In this document: positions 52,240 to 62,773 of the stretch, piece by piece
How the letters are laid out: each line of letters starts with the position of its first letter
Numbering within the stretch: position 1 is the first letter of the stretch
Source: Eledone cirrhosa
Lineage: Eukaryota
Direction of reading: 5' to 3'
Length of the DNA: 64,000 nucleotides
Assembly (NCBI GenBank): GCA_964016885.1
Contig: OZ024754.1
Coordinates: forward strand, 21,142,001-21,206,000
Notes under the pieces: model-generated
Database searches by the model: none
What the model saw: only the letters and a program-made list of their open reading frames with translations
What the model was told of the DNA's origin: nothing
Translations under genes and position numbers: made by a program

Positions 52240-55200
52240 GCCATGATGGCTATCTATCTCACAATTTCCCTCACGCCCACCTCCCCACACCACCATAGGC
52301 TTTTCAACCAATGAAACCACAGCAACATCTCCTCACCCATTACCAGCACCAACGTATCCTGCCATTACTACTACTGTCCTTCTAGCCCTGCACCAAAGAA
52401 TTCTTGTTTATCGTTAGCTATGGAGGATATTGGACCAACCCCGAATAAATACATGAATATGAATCCACGAGTTACCCATGCGAAGCTTTAATTCAGAGAC
52501 AGAAAGCATACACACACCCCAACAAGAATCCACCCATTCCCACAAGTAATGGCGAATGCCCAAAACTCCAAGTTGGCACCATCAACGTAAGCACAATGAA
52601 AGGAAGAGCAGGAGAAATCGTAGAGATGCTAGAGCGAAAGGAAATAGATGTATGCTGTGTGCAAGAGACTAGATGGAGAGGAGAGTCTGCTAGAGTGTTT
52701 GTAGGCAAAAGTCAGTGCTACAAATTTTTCTGGGTGGGAAATGACAATGGGATGGGTGGTATAGGTATACTACTAGCTGACAAGTGGGTAGATAAGGTAA
52801 TCTCAGTGAACAGGGTGAACGTAAGAATCATTAAACTCAGACTAGTCCTGAATAAAACAATTGCTACAATCACATCAGCTTATGCACCCCAATCGGGGTT
52901 GCCAGACGAACTTAAGGATAGGTTTTACGAGTCCCTAATGCACACCACTGCCCTAACAAACGACAATGACTTCCTAATCATTGCAGGAGATTTTAACGGA
53001 CACGTAGGTAAACACTGTGATGGCTTCTATAGAGTCCATGGAGGCTACAGGTTTGGCGCAAGAATTGAAGAAGGCTTCAGGCTTCTAGAATTCTGCGATG
53101 CCAATGACATGCCAATATGTAACACAAACTTCAAAAAACCCAACAACCACCTGATCACCTATAGATCAGGGGAGCATTCTAGTAAGATAGATTTTATCCT
53201 TATCAGAGGACAAGATAGATGGACGGTTGTAAACACAAAAGCCTTCCCTGGTGAGGAATGTACCTCCCAAAATAGCTTAGTTGTCAGCGACCTCACAGTC
53301 AGAACTAGACAAACTTATAAACAGAAAGCAACCTGGAGAAGAAAGATCTGGAAGCTGAAAGACCTCTCAGCCAGTAACAAGTTTAAAGATATTTTACTCA
53401 ACGCCTACGACAGTAAAGAAGAACAGATAGAGACATTCAATGTAGAAAATCACTGGGAGTTCCTAAAAAATAACTTACTAAAGATGACAGACGAGATTTT
53501 CGGTTGGAGCAAGACCACAGGCAAGAGGAGAGTAACTTGGTGGTGGGACAATAAGGTAGATGAGACAGTTAAGGCCAAGAGACAGGCATGGAAAGAATGG
53601 AAGAACAGGGGAAGCAGGGTACATTACATTTACATAGAGACCAGGAGGAAAACTAGGCAACAAATACACTTAGCTAGGAGGGAAGCAGAGGATAGAAAAT
53701 TCAAGCATGTTTTGCAGCGTGAGCACCAGAAACAGGAGGTGTTCAAGATAGCGAGGCAGTGTGTCAGAGAGAATTGTGATGTCATTGGACAGAAGTGTGT
53801 CCGGAATGATAAAGGGGAGCTTGCCCTCACAAGTGCCAAGAAGAAAGATGCGTGGAAGAGCCATTATGAAAGATTACTAAAGGGCGGTGGATTGGCAGTA
53901 TCGGTAGAGTGTTGGACGCCATGCTTTCCAGCATAGTTACGTCCCTTTACGATCTGAGTTCAAATCCCGCCGAGGTTGACTTTGCCTTTCATCCTTACGG
54001 GGTCGATAAAATAAAGTACCAGTAATTTACTGGATAATTGCTGGCCTTGTGCCTAAAGTAGAAACAATTATGAAAGATTACTAAATGAGGAGAATGCATG
54101 GGAGAAAGAGACCCTAGCCCAAGTGGACCCTATAGAGGGACCAGCAATACAAGTCAGCAACAGTATAGTAAGTAAGGCAATTGAAGACAGGGAAGGCAAC
54201 CAGTCCATCGGGTATAGCTGCCAGGATGCTGAAAGCATCTGGGTCGGTAGGTCACACCATAACCACACGTATTGTTAACCAGGTAATACTAGAGGGTGTG
54301 ATACCAAAGGATTGGCGTAGCAGCATCATTGTCAAATGCTACAAAGTGATGCACTAGATAAAGGAAACTATAGAGGTATAAAGCTGATGGACCAGGTCAT
54401 GAAAGTAATGGTAAGAGTCATAGCACAGTTGATTAGGGACCGGGTAAAACTAGGTGAGATGGTTTGGGTTTGTGCCAGGACAAAGCATCACTAATGTTCT
54501 CTTCCTTGTGAAGCAGTTACAGGAAAAGTACCTAGCTAAAAGTAAGCCGCTCTACCTGGCATTTGTCGATCTGGAAAAAGCCTTCAACAGTGCCCCGCGC
54601 TATAATCTGGTGGGCTCTTAGAAAACTAGGAGTAGATGAATGGTTTGTGAAAGCTGTACAAGTCATGTATAGGGGAGCAGTCAGCAAAGTTAGGGTTAGC
54701 AATGACTATAGCGAGGAATTTAGCATACAAGTCGGTGTCCACCAGAGCTCTGTACTTAGCCCTCTCCTGTTTATTATAGTATTGCAGGCTATAACAAAGG
54801 AGTTTAAGACCGGGTACCAATGGGAACTTCTGTATGTGGATGATCTTACACTTATAGCTGAATCTATGACGGAACTAAAGAAGAAATTCCAAACATGTAA
54901 GCAGGGACTAGAAAGAAGGAGTTTCAAAGCCAACCTGACAAAGACTAAGATCCTTGTAAGTAGATGAGAAAACAGAACCCAGATCTCCTCAGGGAAATGC
55001 CTTTGCTCAGTATGTAGGAAAGGTGTAGGTAGGAATTCCTTCCTCTGCCCCAAATGCAAACTATGGGTACACAAGAGATGTAGCGGGATTTCAGTAGCTT
55101 AGTTAGGAATGTAGGCTTTACATGTAGCAGCTGTGCTGGGACAGCAAGCAACAAATGGCCACAGGAAACAAGCACCACCAAACTCTGGGCAGGCTCTGTA

Positions 55201-56103
55201 GAAACAGTAGACAGCTTTTGCTACCTAGGTGACCGAATTAACAGAGGAGGTGGGTGTTCAGAAAGTACAATAACTAGGGTAAGAACAGGGTGGAAGAAGT
55301 TCAGGGAGCTACTGCCACTGCTAGCTGCAAAAGGCTTCTCCATCAAAATGAAAGGAAGATTGCATGATGCGTGCATAAGAACAGCAATGCTACATGGTAG
55401 TGAGACCTGGGCATTGTGTGTAGAAGACTTGCGTAGATTAGAAAGAAAAGAAGCTTGCATGCTCCGATGGATGTGTAATAGTAATATACACGAACGGCAA
55501 AGCATAAGCGAATTAAGAGAGAGACTGAGCATAAGAGGAATCAAATACTGTGTGCACGAGAGGAGGTTGCGTTGGTATGGACATGTGATGCGTATGAAGG
55601 ATGACAGCTGCATAAAAAGGTGCAGAGCACTAGAAGTCGATGGAAGCTAAGGAGTGGGGAGACTCAAGAAAACCTGGGATGAAGTGATAAAAGCTGACCT
55701 TACCCAATTATACCTCTCAAAAGCGATGACATAGGACCATGACCTCCGGCGTCACGCAGTAATACAGAAGACCCGACCTCCCATGGGAACAAGCCGAAGC
55801 TGAAGCATATAGACAATATGCCCCCATCCCCTCCCACTGCAATGTTGTCGTGGAGGTGTCACCACAAAAAAAATCACCCAGCCCACACTGTAAAGTGGTC
55901 GTGTAGGCGTCACGAAAAAAAGCACCCAGCAATCACTGTAAATGAGGTTGGTGTTAGGAAGGGCATCCAGCTGTAGAAATCAAACCAAAATCAGTTCCCG
56001 TATAAGCAAGACATGGTCACCCGACCTGGCATTGCCCATAACAGGAAAACCTGTCTAACCCATGCTAGCATGAAAGAATGGACGTAAAACGGTGATGATG
56101 ATG
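52240..56103 (+). mobile_element. RTE-clade LINE, near full length, decayed, in CFAP36 intron 4, antisense to host
   Basis: 446-aa ORF with APE domain (LQVGTINV upstream, CCVQETRW, GDFNGHVG, KIDFIL), RT fragments, 3' UTR and (gat)n tail; close paralogue of 44175-47637; interrupted by a SINE. Confidence 0.95.
53880..54066 (+). mobile_element. tRNA-derived SINE inserted in the RTE ORF
   Basis: A box tggcagtatcggt, B box gagttcaaatcc; TSD attatgaaagattactaa(a) at 53863-53881 and 54067-54085; absent from the paralogous LINE at ~45820. Confidence 0.95.
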
Positions 56104-56465
56104 ATATATTTACAAGTCAGTATGTTTTGAAACAATGAGCGAGTTTGAAATTAGAAATAGAAGCTTTCGCTGTATTTTTTTACTAAAGAAATTTTAGCCT
56201 GATAGTGGGGTTTAGTAAAAGATGAGTATTGGCGTACTATATGTATATTATATATATATATATATATGTGTATACAGTCCTATGCGAGCAAGACAATCAC
56301 TCTTGCCTCAAGTGGGAATACCCCCGTCCAAACCCATGCAAGCGTGGAACATGGACGTTAAACGTTGATGATGATGATGATATATACATATATATAAGGA
56401 TGTGTGTAGAAGATTTAGTAAAAGATGAGTATTGGCGTACTATATGTATATTATATATATATATA

Positions 56466-56515
<50 letters not shown>

Positions 56516-56591
56516 TATAAGGATGTGTGTAGAAGATTTAGTAAAAGATGAGTATTGGCGTACTATATGTATATTATATATATATATATAT

Positions 56592-56632
<41 letters not shown>

Positions 56633-56820
56633 ATATACATATAGTACGCCAATACTCATCTTTTACTAAACCCCACTATCAGGCTAAAATTTCTTTAGTA
56701 AAAAAATACAGCGAAAGCTTCTATTTCTAATTTCAAACTCGCTCATTGTTTCAAAACATACTGACTTGTAAATATATCATCATCATCACCGTTTTACGTC
56801 CATTCTTCCATGCTAGCATG
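56061..56820. repeat. Inverted duplication with ~200-bp arms around (TA)n-rich spacer
   Basis: 56061-~56260 is the reverse complement of ~56625-56820 with about one mismatch; spacer has two more direct copies of tttagtaaaagatgagtattggcgtactatatgtat and a short RTE tail. Confidence 0.92.
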
Positions 56821-57313
56821 CTTCCTCTGTTGACAAAGAAGGGTTTCTCCATGCGTACGAAAGGACGGTTATATGATGCCTGTGTGAGGAGCGCGATGCT
56901 GCATGGTAGTGAGACATGGGCAGCAACTGCAGAGGATATGCGATGGCTGGAGAGAAATGAAGCAAGTATGCTCCGTTGGTTGTGCAATGTCAATGTGCGT
57001 GAACGACCAAGCATAGACGAGTTGAGAAAGAAACTGGGTATAAGAGGAATAAGTTGTGGTTTGCAGGAGAGAAGGTATGGATGTGATGCGCATGGAGGAT
57101 GACCGCTGGGTAAAGCAGTGCCAAGAAATCCCAGTAGAAGGAAGACGCAGTAGAGGCAGAGCACAAAAAACATGGGCGGAGGTGGTGAGAGCAGACCTCA
57201 GATTGCTGGAGCTCTCAGAGGTGACGAAGGACCGTGACAAGTGGAGAGATGCTGTGCTGAATAGGACCCTGTCCCACTCTTGCAAGCAGGAAAAAGCGCA
57301 CGTAAAATGATGA
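56821..57313 (+). mobile_element. 5'-truncated RTE LINE 3' fragment of a different subfamily
   Basis: LPLLTKKGFSMRTKGRLYDACVRSAMLHGSETWA...RMEDDRWVKQC...RGRAQKTW; ends cgtaaaatgatga. Confidence 0.88.
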
Positions 57314-57768
57314 TATGTGTGTGTTTTTGCATATTCAAAATGACAAGAGAAGGCCGGACTGGAAGATATGCTGTAAATTTTGATTCCGTGAAATCTCTAT
57401 ACATATTTCAATGGTCCAGCTCCATCATCCAATTATGATGCGAGACAGGACGATCCCATCAGGTAACTTTGACAGGGTTACGTATAACCCATACTCATCG
57501 TGGAAGATAGGGAAAAGAGAATAGGAAATTGAAAAATGGGGACTGTCTGTAAAAAGGCTGTTGTATTGTGTGAAGATAGCCCCCAATTGCTACTAGATGT
57601 TCTAGGAAAGGGTAGGTGTTGTCAAGTACCGACACAGAAGACTCTTCTAGTCTGTTGTTCGCCTATTGGACAGGTCATTATGCAACATCACACAACAACA
57701 CTAGATAACACCACACTACAACACATACATAACATCATTCCTTAAAGATTCCTACAGAAACTACTCAC

Positions 57769-57974
57769 CTAATAACAGCTTCCATGATTGGAAGTTCATC
57801 TTTGGCGATGCTGTTCTCATTGTCTGCCTCAATGTCTAACAATGCATTTGGAATAGAATCAATTGATTGGAAAATAAGAAGAATAGCTTGCTGTTGCAGC
57901 TCGAGGTTCTTTTGTACCATTAGTTGTATGAAAATCTCATAATTCTCACTGGCCAACACTTGTTCCAGTAAACC
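57769..57974 (-). CDS. CFAP36: CFAP36 exon 4
   Basis: cttcttcactag acceptor, gtgagt donor; GLLEQVLASENYEIFIQLMVQKNLELQQQAILLI matches the end of the CFAP36 BART-like domain (human [29 protein letters not shown], from memory). Confidence 0.93.
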
Positions 57975-58039
57975 CTAGTGAAGAAGGAAAAATAAAACAA
58001 GTGAAGAAAGGAAAAGACACATTGTTTTTATTATTTAGA

Positions 58040-58515
58040 CTGTGGCTATGCTGTGGCAACACCTTGATTTAGTTGATCTTATCAACCCCACTGCTTATTA
58101 TTTCATGTGTGGGGCTAATTTTGTTGATCACATTTTGGCCCCAACCGCTAAGTTACGGCACATAAACAGACCCAATTGTGAATATAGACATGGACTCACA
58201 CATAAAGATCCCCTTTGGTCACGACCATGGGATTTACACATAGAAAGCTCCCCTCCGAGGCAAGGTTGTTTGTGGAAGATCAGCAGTCACCCATACATAC
58301 CAGTCTCCCCTCCCCACGCCACCAATTTTGTTCAAGGTTAAGGCAATGACCAATACTGCTTGGCACCATTGACGTTGCAACTCATTTCTACAGCTGAGTA
58401 AACTGGAACAACATGAAATAAAATGTCTTGCTCAAGGACACAATGCATCACCCGGTCTGAGAATCAAATTCATAACCTCCTGATTGTAAGCCCAATGTTC
58501 TAACCACTAAGCCAC
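58040..58515 (-). mobile_element. Second tRNA-derived SINE family (Meta/CORE-like core), decayed, possibly composite
   Basis: Minus strand begins gtggcttagtggttag (A box), then tgtgtccttgagcaagaca core and actcagctgtagaaatgagt; distal boundary uncertain. Confidence 0.65.
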
Positions 58516-58654
58516 TGTCATATATATATGGTGGTAACGGTAGTGGTGTTGGTGGTGCTGTTAATCAAAGAGATGGTAACATTGGCAACAAATCTTTCAG
58601 ACTGATTCCTCATCAATAACAAATCAATTATAGACAGAATAATGAAACATTTAC

Positions 58655-58765
58655 CTGAAATATCATACGAATGTCCTCCTTGTTGTGAAGTCTTGTAAGT
58701 GCTGTCATTATATCAGTGTGAGACAGGCCTGAATCAACCCGGAACCCTTCTAATAGTGAGGTGAT
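58655..58765 (-). CDS. CFAP36: CFAP36 exon 3 (111 nt)
   Basis: cctgtctcag acceptor, gtaaat donor; ITSLLEGFRVDSGLSHTDIMTALTRLHNKEDIRMIFQ (cf. human VEKLLEGYLKEIGI). Confidence 0.9.
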
Positions 58766-58768
58766 CTG

Positions 58769-58902
58769 AGACAGGTGGAGGGTAGTAGATTAGTTATTAT
58801 AGACAGGTGGAGGGTAGTAGATTAGTTATTATAGACAGGTGGAGGGTAGTAGATTAGTTATTATAGACAGGTGGAGGGTAGTAGATTAGTTATTATAGAC
58901 AG
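58769..58902. repeat. 32-bp perfect tandem repeat x4 at the intron 2 acceptor
   Basis: agacaggtggagggtagtagattagttattat at 58769, 58801, 58833, 58865. Confidence 0.95.
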
Positions 58903-59232
58903 CCCCACTTTTTTGCCCTTAATTTTGTTAAAATTTTCTATCATACACAATATATTTTGATTCAAAATGTAATAAAGAATTTATGAAGAAAGGCATAAAT
59001 AAACATTAAGCAGATATTTGATTACATATAAGAAACACTTTTGTGGTCTTTTCCGCGAGGCGCAGCCACAACGCCGCCGCACCCTAGGCACATTCTTCTG
59101 TGACCCTAGAGTTCTTGCCTTTCCCTTCATTTTCCGTTTTCATAACTATTTTTACAATAAAACATTTATATATGGTTTAATACAATAATGTTTATTACTC
59201 CCAGAACTGCCAAGAAAACTTTGGGAACTCAC

Positions 59233-59297
59233 CAGTTGCTGATATTCTGTGAATATTTTCCTGTATTCTGCATTGTCTTCTGCTGAAGAACCAAACA
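59233..59297 (-). CDS. CFAP36: CFAP36 exon 2 (65 nt)
   Basis: tag acceptor, gtgagt donor; (V)FGSSAEDNAEYRKIFTEYQQL (cf. human [22 protein letters not shown]); phase matches exon 1. Confidence 0.9.
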
Positions 59298-59999
59298 CTA
59301 ATAATGGAATTTAAAACATCTTAACAATGCATGATATACATACATAGATATATACGATGTCCATTACGATTTGAACATATATATGTATATATCTGTGTTT
59401 ATCTCTCTTTTATATTCAATTATATTACATATATATATATACACATACACACCCTTGCACATTATTTATTGTAGCAACAAAATAAATAAATAATAATCTG
59501 AGGCCCTTTAAATATTGTAGGGCTGCTGGCTTCAGTTCTCTAGCCTATTACTACTGGTGTCCGCACACAGCTGTTTTTACAGAAAAGCTGTATGGACAAT
59601 TAAGTCGTTTTCACTACAATGCAGAGGAAAGGAAGACAAGCAAATACAGGAGATTGTCCAACTGCTTTCTCTTTGCACTGGCCGCCGTCAAGACCTCAGG
59701 TGGCTTAAACGCCATACTGCCGAACTCCTCTGCAAGATCAAACCGTCAGTAGCCCTACAAGGGGGGGGGGGGGCTGATGCAGCGGGTGTCGCTGGCCATT
59801 GCCTGCGGAAATGCTTTTGCAGTTTTGTCTGCGGGACGCAACCCCAACACCGCCGCACCCTAAGCCCAGGGCCCATTACCCTCTCCTTTTCTTCTGTGGC
59901 CCCAGAGTCTTTGGTACCCCCCCCCCCCTTTTTTCCTCTCATGTATGGCTTTTACGGTGCTTACCTCTACTTTCCCACACAGCCAGATCTGCCTATCTT

Positions 60000-60905
60000 T
60001 ACCCCTTCCCTCGGTGAAACTCTAGGCGTAGAGGAAGATGAACTGGCCAGTCTGTTCGGTAGGATCTTCCGCCCGGGACCGATGGACAACTTCCAAAAGT
60101 CTCTGGCCTGGCAGTGCTACCGAGGAGCTCTACCAGTTCGAGACAAGCTCTACAGACATGGGCGCCCGGGCAGGGACCCTGCAAAAAAGATCTGTCCGAG
60201 GTGCGTGCGAGACGAAGAAACCGTCGCGCACGCATTCATACACTGCCCGGGTGTCACTGACCTGTGGGACTATGTAGAACGACTATTGTCGCGGGTGGGA
60301 CCAGTCCAGTTGACCACCGAGTCCATTGTCATGATCAAACCGCCACCCTCCTTCAAAAACGAAGGAGAGGCGGTTTTCCTTTGTGTGATAGCTATGGCGA
60401 AAGAGGTTGTATGGTGGACAAGGTTGAAAGGGCTGAGGTCAGACACCTTTCTCTCCGGCCAACAACTGATTCTTTTTTTCAAATACCACTTTGGAAGAAG
60501 AATCAGGATGGAGAGAGAGGTGCTGTACCCCAACAAGTTTTATGAAAGGTGGGTGAAAGTGGCGAAAATGGCCCGAGTGAATGGGCCTTCTCTCTATATC
60601 AGCCTGTAGGTTGGGGAAAAGGAGGAGGAGAGGAAGGGAGTACAAACTCTTCGTACTCCTGGAGATGAGGGTTGCACATTTTTTTTCGGGGGTATGTGTT
60701 ACCCATATAAACTGTCTCCCTCTATTGGGGAAAATCGACTAACTTTTTAAATTCCATCTGTGATAACATTTTACACGTTTTTATTGTATGTAAACTTCCC
60801 CCTTTGTATTTGTCCTCTTCTTTTGTGCCCCTGTGGCTAATAAAGAAATATATCTTTACCCCTTCCCTATTTGTAATGTTATTTATATAATTGTAAATAA
60901 AGCTC
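60000..60905 (+). mobile_element. 3' fragment of an L1/Tx1-like LINE (zf-RVT C-terminal zinc knuckle + 3' UTR) in intron 1
   Basis: FQKSLAWQCYRGALPVRDKL...CPRC...EETVAHAFIHCP..LWDYV is the zf-RVT signature; stop at 60609, aataaa near 60897; 5' boundary uncertain. Confidence 0.82.
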
Positions 60906-60995
60906 ATTTATATTTGAGGAAACATTTGACTGTGACAAGATTTGAGCGATGAACAGTTTCAATAAGATGAGTGTTATACTGTTTCATCTATCTTC

Positions 60996-61009
60996 GTTAC
61001 CTTAGTAAC
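60996..61009. promoter_or_regulatory. RFX X-box in CFAP36 intron 1
   Basis: GTTACC-TT-AGTAAC fits GTNRCC-N(0-3)-RGYAAC exactly; host is a ciliary gene. Confidence 0.6.
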
Positions 61010-61414
61010 AGCTGGCTGACATCGCTGAACAAAAGTTCCGTCAAAAGTCTATAAACGCCAAATTTACCAGAAAAAACAAGTTTTTCTTTCTTTGTTAATG
61101 CTTAGAGTGGAATATATTCCCATTTTCAAAACATAACAAATTATCAAGATAAGAAATTCAAAACAATAATACAGATAATTAAAAATGGAAAGGGAAGGGA
61201 AAGTTAAGGGCTGTAGGGTCACAGAAGAATGGGAGGGGAAGGGGTGATGGGCTCTAGGCCTGTGAATTGCAGCAAAATTAATAAATATGCACACATAGAT
61301 GGTGAAACGATGGTTGTTTTTCTTCGTTTGTTCATTTGTTTCTTTCCTTTGATTTCTCTCTCGCTTTCATCATAAATCTTTGTGCATTATATTTGTAAAG
61401 TTCCTAGCAACAAT

Positions 61415-61535
61415 TAATTGTATTTATTATATGTATATATATTAATTGTATTTATTATATGTATATTGTATTTATTATATGTGTATATATATATTAATTG
61501 TATTTATTATATGTATATTGTATTTATTATGTTAT
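61415..61535. repeat. AT-rich minisatellite (attgtatttattatatgtat)n
   Basis: About 5 imperfect copies visible. Confidence 0.8.
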
Positions 61536-61537
61536 AT

Positions 61538-61678
61538 GAGTTGAAATCCCGCCGAGGTTAGTTTTGCCTTTCATCTTTACGGGGTTGATAAAATAAAGCA
61601 CCTGCAATATACTGGGTCGATTTAATCGACTTACCTCTCCCGACACTGTGGGCCTTGTACCTAAATCAGAAACCATTA
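61538..61678 (+). mobile_element. 5'-truncated SINE related to the 43479 family
   Basis: gagttgaaatcccgccgaggttagttttgcctttcatctttacggggttgataaaataaagcacc ... ggccttgtacctaaatcagaaaccattat. Confidence 0.8.
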
Positions 61679-62353
61679 TGGGTGTTTATATTTTCATTGT
61701 GAAAATTATAAAGAATTTGTAATGTTATTTATACATGTTTGAATAACTTAATAAATTACCACTGCATACAAACAAAAAGGCAACAGAGAAAAATACTGTA
61801 ATTGAACAGAAATTACAAGTTACTCTCGGGTCCCAAATAAATGGGGTGGGGTGAGATAAGCGGTGGGTTGGACATTTGCTTAAATTCTTATAAACGCGGG
61901 GGGGGGGGGGGTAATTGCATTAGTGTACGTTTGTAAATATGGGATTTCTTGTAATGCTCTTCTTTTTTTTGTCATATATAATGTTTTTTTTTTAATGTGA
62001 AATAAAATTATTATTAGATTCTCCAGCTGCTGTATCAATATGAATCACAATAAAATTTCGCCAGAGATAGATTAGCAAAATTTAATAAGCGGGGTGGGTG
62101 TGGAATAAAAGCGTGGGTGGAAATATCTTGTGTCTTAAACTAGCGTTAATTGTTGCGAATGTTTCCTTTTAATTTGTGTTGATAAGGTACTTAAAAAGGG
62201 CATCGCATTTTTCTTTCAGGTCGTGTGTTTGGATCTCTAATAAAAAAAGAAATCAATTTTATACAAACTCAAATGTCTGGACTAAACATTACAAAAGCAA
62301 TATCATGACATACCAACGCCTCCTCGAAATCTATATAATAAATGGCCTCTTAC

Positions 62354-62456
62354 CGAGACAGTGAGCTTCTAGGAATGTGACCACCGGAATTTGAAACAAA
62401 GGATTGCCAAGAAATTCCAGTAACTCGTCGTATACCCACTCATTTGTCTCGGCCAT
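62354..62456 (-). CDS. CFAP36: CFAP36 exon 1 (start codon)
   Basis: Kozak-like accATGg; MAETNEWVYDELLEFLGNPLFQIPVVTFLEAHCL then gtaaga donor (cf. human [28 protein letters not shown]). The eight exons sum to 1125 nt = 374 aa + stop with consistent phases. Confidence 0.92.
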
Positions 62457-62507
62457 GGTATCTTTTTTCCTTGCTTGGGGCTGTGTAGCGAGATTATATT
62501 ATTTACT

Positions 62508-62534
62508 GTTGTCCTTAGTAACCGTATTAGCAAC
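62508..62534. promoter_or_regulatory. Proximal RFX X-box (plus overlapping half-site) upstream of CFAP36
   Basis: GTTGTC-CTT-AGTAAC (one mismatch to consensus) 52-66 bp upstream of ATG, followed by TAGCAAC half-site. Confidence 0.6.
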
Positions 62535-62601
62535 AGGGACAGGTGACGACCAGCACCGTTAACACACCTGATTTTTGTCCATATCTATTTTGCTAAGATG
62601 A

Positions 62602-62738
62602 ATTGATGAATTCAAGCAATGGATTTCTATTACAAGTAAACCTTTGTATATATATAGATATACATTAGAGAAAGAGGATGGGTGATCTTTATACAAAGGT
62701 TTACTTGTAATAGAAATCCATTGCTTGAATTCATCAAT
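62602..62738. repeat. Perfect 49-bp inverted repeat with 39-bp spacer
   Basis: 62602-62650 is the exact reverse complement of 62690-62738. Confidence 0.93.
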
Positions 62739-62773
62739 ATATATATGTATGTATGTATGTGTATGTATGTATA

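Noticed and set aside
44544-55650. Active autonomous LINEs
   Set aside because: Both copies have multiple stops, frameshifts or deletions, and one has a SINE insertion
56229-56730. Tyr/Ile-rich ORFs
   Set aside because: (TA)n microsatellite translation
61820-62120. Repeated aataagcgg(g)gtggg motifs resembling a DNA-transposon subterminal region
   Set aside because: No matching inverted end or TSD found; too weak to call
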